A stretch of 64,000 bases of DNA from Anthoceros angustus. Taxonomy: Eukaryota > Plantae > Anthocerotophyta. The position numbers were made by a program, and so were the translations under genes. Location of the stretch: NCBI GenBank assembly GCA_010909165.1, contig VJWM01000063.1, positions 372,001 to 436,000 on the forward strand. Reading direction: 5' to 3'. Below the pieces are notes generated by a model, which made no database searches, was not told the origin of the DNA, and saw nothing but the letters and a program-made list of their open reading frames with translations. Positions within the stretch are counted from its first letter, which is position 1; each line of letters begins with the position of its first letter. Of this stretch, positions 29,942 to 41,707 are shown in pieces.

Positions 29942-30515
29942 TGTCTCCGAACCCCATTTTGGCCCAACCAATGTAGAAATGCACATGTCTCAATTCAGTG
30001 TTTTCAGCGATTTGTAAACCGGCGGCCATGCATTCGAGCCCTAAAGAATACTGTGCACATACGTATAATGTCGGACACACAGTACAACATGAACTTTTAT
30101 GGCTTTCTAGAACGATCGAAAGCACACCTTCCACAACCGTCATGAAACATATATCTTTAAACACGAAAACACACAATAAAAACTTGACTCGTAACCCAGT
30201 GAATAGTCCTCAGAGCCCGAGAAGTCTATAAAAGCGGACACCTACTTCCCATGTCATCATCCTTCTTGAAAAAGGTTTCACACCTACAACAACAAGCGCC
30301 AACACTGCACTATCGTGCCTAATCCTCCGGGTCCCCTCGAACATTTGCCAAGATGTACTCGGGTCACTATATCCATTGAACCAAGAGCCTGCGAATCGAC
30401 TCTCGTTCACAACCACGTCGTCGGCACCAAAGTCCTCCAGTCCGCCTCCAAGTCGATAGGAGCTACAATCATGGCATCGTGAGCTTCTCGGGATCCTCGC
30501 CTCTTCCTCTTGGGG

Positions 30516-31400
30516 TCAGCCCACATTTTCCTCAAAGTTAGCCCCGCTTGAGAACAACCATTGCCTACTTTCAATTGCTTTGAAACCATTGATTGAGAAA
30601 CCGCATATGGGTAATCTTGTTGCGGACTTATCTCCTTGGGCCAAAATGTGCCCGGCCCGCTTGAAAGGCAGCATATTTCCTCTTACGCCTCCGGGATAAG
30701 CATGGAACCCCACAATCCTCTGCTTGATGAACATTGAAGACCTTGTATCAGAGTCCACTGAGATCACATTTCTTCCACTCAGAATTGCAGCAAGTGCCGT
30801 GGACCCACTCCCCGCAAATCCATCGATGACCCAATCCCCTTCTACAGAGAAGCACTGCAGCAAAATGGACATTAGCTCCAAAGGTTTTTGATATGGGCTT
30901 ACTACCTTGTTGTCGAATGCTGTGTATACCAACTTCTTTACCACAGCATCGCACTTAATCACCGAGCCCATGCCTTGTTGGCCCAAAGTCACCGAAATCG
31001 GTAACAATGGCACCGATTTAACTCTTGCGTTGGGTGACTTTCCTGCGCCCACCGATATAATGTCCATGTTGTCGTATACCTTGTTTTCCTCCCGGACATT
31101 GGTTTTCTCCCAAACAAGGGACTGCAGAGCTCCATCCGAGCATACCCCCCTCAAAGCTGCTCTTACATCGGTGGTCTGGTCCACGCCGTGCAAAACCACA
31201 ATCCTATATGAGTCAGCTGTCGTTACCTCCACAAAGTGGTTAAGAATACCACTCAACTGGGCCTTCGTTAATACATTTGTGTCTTCCGCTCCAAGTTTCA
31301 GCCCTCTTGGTAGATCCATCACCGAGCGTATAAGGTCGCCACGAGCAAATCCCAACAATTCTGCATGGATCGGTTGAAAACGATAGCGAACCTTTTCCAC
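30516..31400 (-). CDS. Beta-class N4-cytosine/N6-adenine DNA methyltransferase domain (N6_N4_Mtase-like), probably the C-terminal part of a ParB-MTase gene
   Basis: 294-codon open frame with PYQKPLELMSILLQCFSVEGDWVIDGFAGSGSTALAAILSGRNVISVDSD (motifs X-I-II), LVWEK, and an N-terminal DLPRG at the DPPY position. Confidence 0.88.
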   Translation of the reverse strand: MEKVRYRFQPIHAELLGFARGDLIRSVMDLPRGLKLGAEDTNVLTKAQLSGILNHFVEVTTADSYRIVVLHGVDQTTDVRAALRGVCSDGALQSLVWEKTNVREENKVYDNMDIISVGAGKSPNARVKSVPLLPISVTLGQQGMGSVIKCDAVVKKLVYTAFDNKVVSPYQKPLELMSILLQCFSVEGDWVIDGFAGSGSTALAAILSGRNVISVDSDTRSSMFIKQRIVGFHAYPGGVRGNMLPFKRAGHILAQGDKSATRLPICGFSINGFKAIESRQWLFSSGANFEENVG

Positions 31401-32679
31401 GAGCTCGAACTATGAAATCACGAAGGTCGATGTCATGGACGCCTCGCCGAGCCAGTTCCTCTTCCATCTTTTCCACGATTTAGCCACGACCCAACTTTGA
31501 AATTGTTCGGCAAATTTCAAGGTTGGCAACATCATTAGGTTTACACAACAAGCCAACCAATCCAAGGTTAGAATTCAGATCGAGAGAGACAAAACCTATG
31601 CAGACGGTTCATTCAAAGGGTAGGCGAGTGCGCGGACGTCCGGCGCACTCTGCCGCCGCCTTGAAGGATCGGGAGGAAGAAACAGTGCGCGGACGTCCGG
31701 CGCACCTGCCGCCCGCCTCCGGGGAATGGAGAGGTGGCGCCGGACGGCCCGGCCACACCGCCGCCGCTCCCTTAAGGTTGGAATGCAGTGCGCCGGACGT
31801 CCGCGCACATGCCGTTGCATTCCTTCCATCATCGAAGAAAGAGTGCGCCGACGCCCGCCGCTCTGCCCTTCCGAAGCCAGAGGGCGGCAGCGCGCCGACG
31901 CCCGCGACTTTGCCGCCTTGCAAGTCCTTCGTGAGCGGTGCGCCGGGAGTCCGACTTGCCGCTGCCTCCCCCAAGGGACCCCAGGAGAGCAGAGCCGGAC
32001 GTCCGCGACTTGCTACCTCCTCCACACCCATCTGCGGGTTAAAAAGAAGTGCGCCGGACGTCCGCACTTTCTCCAAAAATATCAACAGAGGAAAGGAAGG
32101 CGGAGGTTCAATCAAAGTAACCTTACCACCGAATCGAGCCCGAAATTGCGAACGCCTTCTTCCTTCGTGCCGGGAATCTTTCTTGAGCCTCGCATAAGAG
32201 CGCAACCCAAGGACTTCCGAGAGCCTTTTGAATCAAGTGGAGGTTCTTCTTTTGTGACCTCGCCATGCATCCCTCTCATATCGAGGTGGCCTGGATAACC
32301 TTCTCCGTTGCTCAAGAGTATCTCGCTCCCAATTTGTCTGTGGAAGTCCTTGAAAGCACCAAACATCTTCAGTATTTCCTTCACACGACCTGCGAGGGAT
32401 CCGCCGAGATGGACCCATCTTCATCACCTTCCTCGGCTACTTTGAAATTCCAGCCACATTGGTGGAGACTGCATTAAGCTCAAGCCTCTCCCATTTGTTG
32501 AAGATGGTATCCACATTCGCCACATGCCCTTCGCATTTGGCTACGCAAGGTCAATGTCTTCGATCAACCTTCTTTTTGCTTTGCGTACCGGCTTGCATTA
32601 CGGAAGATCATCAATTAGCCCGAACTGCAGATTCCATTTCCTAGAGAAGGCTTGTCGCTTGAATTTGCATCCTTCACAT

Positions 32680-33078
32680 ATCTCACTTGCTCGATGAAAC
32701 TCATTTTTTGCGCTGTCGCATTCACATTGTGATCCGTTGCCAATACTGCATCTCTTGAGGTGTAAGTCCTGCATACACATGCCCCTCCATATACTTGTAG
32801 TATGGCTTCTCTGGAAATTGGACGGCAAGGCTCTTCACTGCCTGGAAACAATGATTCCTGCCAAGAACACCGAACCTGTACTCCCCCCTGTCGAACTTCT
32901 TCGTGCTCCAATCTTTCTTGCTCGAACACTGTCGTGGATCTACCATCACCAATATGGGAAGAACTCCCTCTTCATCGGCCCTTTCCGTGATCCGCTCTAA
33001 GTAGCTTGCCCATGAGACATCCACCCTACGGATCCGCGATCGGGTTAGGAACTGGATCGTGAAGGTACCGCAAGCCAA
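32680..33078 (-). pseudogene. ParB/Srx-like domain upstream of and co-oriented with the MTase
   Basis: RRVD...LPILVMVD...YRFGVLGRNHCFQAVKSL...GHVYAGLTPQE, then (frameshift) DHNVNATAQKMSFIEQV. GRNH corresponds to the ParB G-G-N/H-H/R motif. Confidence 0.72.
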
Positions 33079-35248
33079 TGATTAATGTGTTTTGCCGAAC
33101 CTTCTTGTGTGGCACTCACGAATCTGCTCAGGGATCGTTGGACACAATATCATGCTCCAACTGTCTTTCGTCTGTCGACATAATGAGTGAGGATAGGCGG
33201 TGAAGTGGCCCTCTTCCTTTGCTTCCGCCTTCTTTTCTGATTGACTTTTTGCGTTTCTCCGCCTCCTGTAATTTTCTTTCTCCTTCCTGTTGCTCCACTT
33301 CTTTCTCCTGATTCTTGGGCACCGGGCTCAATTCGCGTGATATTCAAACAGCAAACGATGCTCGCTCCTATGGATTCCGCACCTCTCGCACGGTGGTGAC
33401 TCACCGGATACCTCATCAAGATCCTCCGATGCTCCATTTGTTTGTTTATGGAGATTCAGCCTCCTTGAGTCCTTCTCTTCCATCTCCACCTGCTCGTGTC
33501 CATTGGAGGCATCATCTTCTTGAGTCATTCACTTCATCCTCAAAAGCCACCTTCCGTTTGCTTGAACTAGGCTGCTCGGAGGACAAAGCTCGGGAAGTCT
33601 CGGCAAATAGAAGCCTTTGTGGGCCTGTTGCTTTGCTCACACGGCCGAGAAGAGGGCTGCCTGTGATTCCTCGGATCATGTGCCGTTGGAGCTCGCAATA
33701 AAATGCCTCCCCATCCTGCACATATAAAGTCTGTTAGGAGAAGTCGTCACAACCCTAACAAAGGCCTTTAGAAAGGCTCAGGACAGCCTTTCGTGAACAC
33801 TGTTCTAAAGGCCTGCTCGAAAGGCCCACAAAGTCAGAAATGAAACGCAGCGGACTTACATCTTCTTCCAACAAAGCAGCCTTGAACTTTAACTTCAGTG
33901 GCTTGGGTTCGCATCTACGAGCATCCTAGGTTGTCCAATTGAAGAACAAGTTGCTTGTAGTCATCAAACGTCTCACTCAGGACCTCGTCAGGCGCAATGG
34001 TCAGCAAGAGCTCGACTCCAATCTCCCCGTAGCTTCCCATCTCTGACCAAATTAGCCAACCTGCTCTCGCCGCTTGATTCTCATCGGCTCCTTCATACCC
34101 ATTCACCCACACTTCCATGAGAGGATTGATTCTCCATCCGGAAAGGAGGCAAAACCACGCCCATTGCCTATCCAAAGAAAACTGCTTTGAGTCACATCTT
34201 GCAACTTCTTCACGCTCGTTGTAGGTTGTAAGGATACGGCATCTCCCATTGCATCGGTTCTCGCACCCTGCACGCGATGCCGGATGCTCCGCATAAGCTG
34301 ATGTTGGCTTCGCAGCCTTTTGCCATTGGCCTTCCCGCACCTCGACCTGCTGCCTTGACTTACTCACCGATGTCGCTAACGCAGCAGAAGAACTGTTGCT
34401 TTGTTTTGCAGACCCCGTGGTGCCGCTTTCCAGCCCACCCCCTTGCTTTCACGCCACCGCCTTTAAACTCCGTCGACTTTTTGCCCGCAGATTTTGCAAC
34501 AGCTTACCAGTCCAGTTTGTGTCCTCCACCTTGGCTCAGGTCGCTTTTGAGTTCCCTTCTCCACCGCCTTGGCCTTCGCCTTTCCGCGCCTTCGCCATCT
34601 CCTCGAGACCTCACTCCGACCTCTCCCGCAGGAGTTGCATTCCTGTGCCAAGAACGGATTTGGCCCGCCATCGCCACGCCTCGGGCCGGGGGGTGTGGAG
34701 GACAAATCCCCATCCTGTCCACCGCCTGATGCCATCCGCTGCACACAACTACAAAGATGCTCAAATAAAACTCGCCATCAAACCGCAAGAAGACAAAGAG
34801 GCTCAAACCGCAATCACAGCCCCGCAACCAAGCCTACATATCGCAACCCTTGCATCCAGAGAGAATCGCAGCGATATCTCTACAAAGTTGCCGGCCTCGA
34901 ACCAACAATCGTAACAATCGGGTTAGTGGGCACAACAGAGCCACGCATCCAAAGTGCTTACCGCAGGTTGCACAACCGAAGTTGAAGAGCTACGGCCGCC
35001 ACATGGACGTCTTGATTCTTCGAGGTCGTGCTCACTTGAGCCGATTTCAAGCTCGCCTCCGCTCGGTTTGCGGGTGCCCTCATCTCCCGATTGCTGGAGC
35101 TTCTTCGATTCCACCCTTAAGCCCGCATCTAGTTGTCCACCGCCTGAGGCGATGGAGCCACCAAGTCCTAATCGCAGCCTCTTCTCGCTTCTTCGCCTGA
35201 CGAGGTGCCCAAGGGTGAGGCCATGATGACGTCAAGAGTAAACAGAAG

Positions 35249-35437
35249 AAAGGGAGCTTACACGGAGGTCCTCGGAGTAAACAATGTCATGAGTGTAAAC
35301 AAGAAGCGTGGGTGTAAGTCGCCTAGGGTTGGCAAAAGGGAAAGGGAGCTTACACGGAGGTCCTCGGCAGTAAACTGCGGAAGCCGCGAGTGTAAACAAG
35401 AACGTGGGTGTAAGCTGCCTAGGGTTGGCAAAAGGGG
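35249..35437. repeat. Two ~92-bp tandem copies upstream of the ParB-MTase gene
   Basis: aaagggagcttacacggaggtcctcgg...gggtgtaag..gcctagggttggcaaaaggg occurs twice. Confidence 0.85.
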
Positions 35438-38400
35438 ACAACCAATTAGGGTTTGGAATGCAAACCTCTTAAGACGTAAATGTGCGCTTGAAGACTTGAC
35501 AGGAGCTTCATTGTGAACCCTAAACCGATCGGAATTAAGAACCAATATATCGGACAATATTATTTAGAAATTGAACTCAATACCAAAGGATTCAGCCTGT
35601 TTTTGTGTTTGTCAGCAGACTTCAGTAATGACCCGAACCGTATGGCGGGGCTAGGAGAGCAGTTTCAATGTCTCCCTCCGTTGACGCAAAATACAACCCC
35701 TCTGGCAATTAAATGTCACGCAGAGAGGGTGTCAGACCTCTGACAAATGTTTTCGCAACCCGAGCTAAGACTGCTGCCCACAAAGCTCCAGAAAAGAAAT
35801 ACAACTTTAGGTGCGCTTAGTACTTCATGCTCCGGGTCGAGGATCGCAACAAGGCATGAGATATAAAACGCGATATAAACAAGCCGCCGCAAAAGTACTA
35901 GCTCAACTACCCTCGTGGGAGTTGAGAACTTCAATCGCCCGAGACGCTGCGGCAACTGCCGTTTGCAGACAATCGAGTCGCGCAACGCAGTTTTGGACGG
36001 GATCGGGGACTTGTTCCATCACATCGACTCAACGCCTTTCAGCGATCCTCTTACCAAGGAGGCCAAGACTGTTTGAGCAAGCGCCTCCATGGCTCTGACA
36101 TTCCTACTACTTTCATTTGATGGCAAAGAAGACGCCATGGAGGCCACCTCTTCTTCTTCCCACTCGCAAATCTTGGGGTCGACATAAGTTGTGAGCTAAA
36201 TGAAGCCTACACAACCCTAGTGTACCACACAGTGAAATGAGGCGAATAGGAATGTAAGAAAACCATCGTAAGCGTGACGACTAACTGCTTCAAATGCACT
36301 TAATTACGCTAAATTAATCGCGAAACATAATTCTAGTCCGGATCAGCCGGAACTGGGGTGAAATCCTAGGTCATTCTCGCATCTAATTGACGTTTGGGCC
36401 ATGGAAATTTGATGGATGAAACTTTCCACTTAAGTTGCCTATCTCACTAGCCCCAAACTTGAAGATCCTCGTGGAAGACCACATGTACACTAACCCTCCT
36501 CGGACTATTGGTTTGAATGTTTTTTTTGTTTTCTTATGTTTTGTGTGATGGAGTTAGGAAATGTCCGAGGCAAGGCCTTTTATACTAAAATGGTCCTTGG
36601 CCCATGACAATATTACTTTTACAAATAATTAGTCCTTGGGCCTCGAACTCGTGGAATATCAAGCTAGAAGGTCCTTGGACCTTGGGATTTTAGGAATAAA
36701 AATTGTCTATATAAGGTGGGGATCCTTCATTCGAAGGGGCCCGTGGAAGAAGGCACTGCACCTCCGGAGAAGTTCAGAAGCTAGCGGAGGTATAAGCGGG
36801 AGAGAGGTGAGGCTAGGGCCTGTGGTCAAGGAGAGGCAAAACCAAGAAGGTAGAGCATACCAGCATATCAAACAACCACCGCAGGGCAGCCACCACGGTG
36901 GTGGAGCCACCACCGTCATGGCAGCCACCACGGTGGTGGAGCCGCCATCGTCGAAGAAGGACCCAAGGTGGGGAAGCCACCGTGAGCGTCAGGAGGGGAT
37001 GCAACTCCCTCGTGTTCCGTGAAGCCAGCCTGGATTGTCCAGGAGCGGCATACCTTCACGTTGTGCTCGAGGAAATGAGCAAGGCGGAGGCTAGAGCATG
37101 GACGGAGGAACGCAGCTTTGGCCCAGTGATGAGGAGCGAGGAACGTGCAGAGATGGACGCGCCTCCTAGGAGGAGTGAAGGGACCTCGGATAGCGGGAGT
37201 GAGGTGGAGATATTAAGGGAGGATCTTTGGATCGAGGCGTGGTAGGAGAGCGGGGAACACCATGGGCCGCAGTATAGGCGGCCACACGAGGCAAGCGCGC
37301 TGATTTTAGAGGGGAGGCATCATAGGTCGAGGCTTTCACTTGGATTAGAGGATAAGGTGCTAGGAAGCTGAATTTGTAGATACCGAATTGGTAGGCGCGC
37401 TTGTGGTAAGTTAGCCATCTTTAAACACCGGAGGTAGGTTAGCCATCTTTAGACACCTGGAAAGTGAGCTATGTACCGCTGGGGATGTATAAGAGACCCT
37501 TGAGTGTCTCTTAATGCATACTGTGTGAGCTCCGTGTGTCGAATTTGCGCGTGGTTGGTTGGAGACATCCGATCGATGGGCGATGTGTGTCATCCTCTCG
37601 TCACAAGAGGGCCGGGAGATCCTGGATGGTCGAGAGCCGAGTGACCAAGCCCGTCTGGGGTGACTAGTGGTGAAGGGTGCTCAATGCATGCCAGAGAGGA
37701 AATTCCAGGGGACCGGGTGAGATCGCGGGTGGACCACCTGGAGCCGACCAGCTTTTTTTCCTTTCCCAACCCAGCCTAACCAGATTGTGTCTAATCCCAA
37801 GGGAGGGGTCTGGTGGCCCAAGAGAGGTCTCTGTGGAGAGGGGTCTGTGTGGCCCAAGAGAGTGCAGCTCATGGAGGGGTCCGGTGGCCCAAGAGAGGTC
37901 TGTGGTGGCCAGAGAGAGATACTGTGGAACATCGCGGTGGTGTATGAGGTCCCGGAAGAAAGGGGTGAGTGAGTGTGAAGAGGAGTCTAGGAAGTGGTGA
38001 GCGAGTCCGAAAATGGAACGCGAGGAAGGTTGGGAATAAATTGTGGGGTCGAGGAAATTAGACGGAGTGAGGTGCCGCACGCATGCTGGTGTGCATCCAC
38101 CAGTGATTTCGGAATCTACATGAGTGTGACTTGGTGTACATGTGAACTGTGCATAGGACCATAACCCTTAACGGGCGTGGCAACCGGCACCAATAGTCGA
38201 CGCGACGCTGCGCCGGTGGGTCCCCACCATGAACCAGCCAGGTGGCTAAACCACCACTTGGCCGGTGGCGAATCCACCACAGGTGGCAACCCACCACGGC
38301 GGTGGTCGAACTACCATGGTCGTGGGCCCTGACACGGTAGTTGATTATGGCACGGTAGGAACATTGTAGGAGGACTAGAATCCATAGTTTTTGAACATCT

Positions 38401-38862
38401 TGACAAAACCATTCCCTTGGGATCGAATCCTAGGACTATAACGACATAGAGGGTAAATGTGGCCTCTTTGCGTCTTGGATGCAAAACCCATTCCACATTT
38501 TGGGCCGTTGCGGGGAAGATAAGCGCTGTCAGATTATAGGAAAGACTAACCATAGCTTAGGTGTCTAGTCTTTGAGTGTATTTAGTTTGGTAGATGGATG
38601 CCCGAGGTTGAGGCCGGAGGATTGAGTCAAGTCGAAGAGAAGCCTCAAGCGGCAGCAGTAGCGATGGAAAGGTTGAAAAGGCTGGGTGGATCTGGAGTTG
38701 AGGAGACCCACTGAGGACGACTTGCTTTGGAAGGGAAGGGGAGTAAGGAATCGAGCCGGAGGTCCGATCTTGTTGGGCTCAAGATCTAATCTACGGTCTT
38801 TGACGAGGTACTACCACGGCCGAGGAACCTTGGTCCAAACATTTGACCTCTCTTCCGGTGTA

Positions 38863-41707
38863 ACACCATAATATTCTATACCGGAATAAACAGAAGCTAC
38901 TTTCCAATGAATATCTCGGTAACCAATGGAACATGGGCAAGAAACGCCTGCTCGCGCCTACAAAAATGTTTTAAAAGTACTGTGTGTAGGAAGCCGAACA
39001 TGCCATGAGTTGGGCTGAAAAGGGATATACTCGGTAGGCACACATTTACCTTGAAATGATGCCCATACATGACACTCTTGGTGGCGAAGAGGCCACGGAT
39101 AGGCCTTTGCTATTCATTCAAGACATAAAGGGTATATGGTTTTGGAAAACGGTTTTGAGGGGTGTAATAAGTATTGGAGATGACAATGGAAATTCAACAT
39201 GCGTGTGAGAGTCCTGTTTCCATCTTCTCGAAATCATGGAATGCAATTGCTTGCATGCGTGTGGTGTGTGTTTTGTACTTGTCGAGTCCCACCTTCTTCA
39301 TGGATTAGTGCTATCAAAGGAAAAGATAAGGGAATTTTAAACCAAACCAATCATCTATCACTTTTATCTCTCTCATTTCAATCCACATTATCTATTCCGT
39401 ACACAATAGGAAAAGCTTACCTTTAAAGCCTACACAATAGGGAAACATTTAAAGGCGCTGCATCCGCGCCTTAAAAGAAGACTTGAACCCAAGGAAAGTT
39501 TATTTTTAAAGGGCGGCATGCATGCGCCTTAAAAGAAGACTTGAACCCAAGAAAGTTTACCTTTAAAGGGCGCCGGCATGGCCTTAAAAGAAGACTTGAA
39601 CCCAAGACCTCTTGTTCATAACTTTCGGTGTTACCACTTCATTAACTTTCTTGCACACAACCAATTGGAAGCACAAACTATATGTTGAAGTGAGGGATGC
39701 TCATGCCCTCATTCTTCTTCTTCTTCTTCATGCCCTTATGCTCCCCATGCTCCTTGTTTTAATAGCCAGTCCGAGAAGCCATCACAGTTCGTGGTTTCTT
39801 AGCCACTAGCCTAGGTGTCTAATGATGTTGAGCACCCAGAAGCCATTACCATAGTTCTAGTTTCCAGAAGGAGGTGTTTGTCCGACGTCCAGATTCATTG
39901 CCAAAGGCCATGAATCTTGGATGCCGCATGCCGGCGCCCAAGGCACGAACGCTTGGGCATGACTTGGGCGATGCCACGCCTAGGTGTGTGTCACTTACGG
40001 CGTGTTTAGGGTCTTGAATAACACGATTTCAATGCCCATCGAAACCCTGCTTCAGATATTCACGTCAAAAGTCGCTTGATGTATATTCACCGCTTAAAAT
40101 ATTATGTCTTCCTTCCTCCTTCCCACGCCCGATTTTCCATATTCCGCTTGGGGCGCCGATGCCGCCCGCTTGTGTTAATGCAGGGTAGCGAGGAGGGGCC
40201 GCATGCCGCGCCACCTCGGATCGAACCCCGAGGCCCTATTGCGGGAGGGCATGCTGAAGTCCCTCTCCCATTAATATCGACAAACAACCTGCTTTTGTGC
40301 AGCAACAAAAAGACATGTCCTCACTCACCTCAAAACTTTCAGTTTATTTATGAGGTCAACACATGGAAGGGCTTGAAGGATGAGCAACGGAGCTCGCAGA
40401 TAGGGACATAGAAGAGGGATGCACCACCGTCCTACGGAGAAAAAGTGCAGACGATTCATGCTCGAGATGTCCAGGATATGCGAGGTTTTGTGAGGAAGAG
40501 GAGGTACTTTTGCTTGTGATGGATGTCCACGTGATTCGATAAGGGCCCTAAGGATGGAAGGTTTGATGCTTGGCAAGTGGGTAATGTTTTGCATTCCTTC
40601 CAATACTTAATCGAATGCGAGGATTTCGGGATGATCATAATGCATGGTGTGGAAGATTCACATATTGTGTGAGCCTATGCGGAAGTGGAGGCGTGGACTT
40701 GTTTCATTTGTGTGGGACAAGACAACAACAACGATAAGGGTGGGTCGATACGGTGGAGTATGTCATTGTTTGGGGTCTCAAGAAAAGCTCGAGTTGCGCT
40801 GGCTGTCATGTTACCTAATGCTTTGCTGGCACTTTCAATGATGGTCCGATGATTGCCCACCATCTAGAAAAAGTCATACCATTCACTTGACAAACTTGTT
40901 GTCCGCCTACCCTATGGCCTTTAGGTTTGATGATGAAGCTTATCAAGACATTCTCCAAGGAAGGGAATGGATATTGGATGCGTGTAATTCATTCCACAAA
41001 GATGTACATGGATATGAAGTACGCCGATGCGAGGGAGGAGCGACACCGAGCCGCATCGCCGAGGTCCATCTCACCTGGGCCAAGGAGGTTTGCGTGAGAA
41101 GGATATTGGGAAGCTCAAATTGTGCCCAAGGGTCAAGAGAATGAAAGAAAGGATCGAGACCCTCTCGATGAGGGGCAATGCATACACGACGCTATATGGT
41201 ACTCAACCTCAAGTTGACGGAAGGAAGATGATGACGCCAGCGATGATGGATGTTGACACTTTGAGAGGCGCATAAAGAACGCTTAGAAACGTGACCTTAG
41301 TTCCCGATAGTGTAGCCGGTTTGTGCGCTTGAATCTTCGGACCCCGAACTTCCTTAGGTGGCCAAAACATTTTCGTGTTATCGCAATCGGCGTCGAGGGG
41401 GCGTGCCTTTTGAGTTGTCATCCGGATCTTCCAAGATTAAGTTGTTGTGTCCGCCATGAGGCCTATTTTGAATATATCTCGAACGGACGATTTCTACTTA
41501 TAATCGAAAGCATTGTGAGAAAGATCCCACCTTAGCACCCTCATTTCAAACAACTTGGAGACAAAATTGAAATCCCAATGAATGATTGCTTACACAGCGC
41601 AGTGCTTTCAAGAGCGGTTTGTCGTGAATTAGTAATGAAAAGTACCAAGCGGCGCAATTTTTTTTCATAACCGCTTACATTATTCACCGGTATGAATATT
41701 ATGGTGT
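38863..41707. mobile_element. TIR DNA element (CAC- termini, superfamily uncertain) inserted in the first Athila internal region
   Basis: ACACCATAATATTC(T)ATACCGG at 38863 and its reverse complement ending at 41707. The uninterrupted site is visible in the second unit near 45375. Confidence 0.8.

Noticed and set aside
31630-32070. CRISPR-like array of palindromic repeats
   Set aside because: Repeats are only ~12 bp, irregularly spaced and in mixed orientation, with no cas genes.
30516-33078. Bacterial or phage contamination, or a restriction-modification/partition operon
   Set aside because: Enclosed by TIRs and a TSD with a eukaryotic-type transposase, has apparent spliceosomal introns and a nested plant LTR element, and shows no operon structure, ParA or restriction enzyme.
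36190-36469. A further solo LTR hosting the Athila insertion (with 48704-49220)
   Set aside because: LTR-like composition and tandem repeats, but no clear TG...CA pair or TSD could be fixed.
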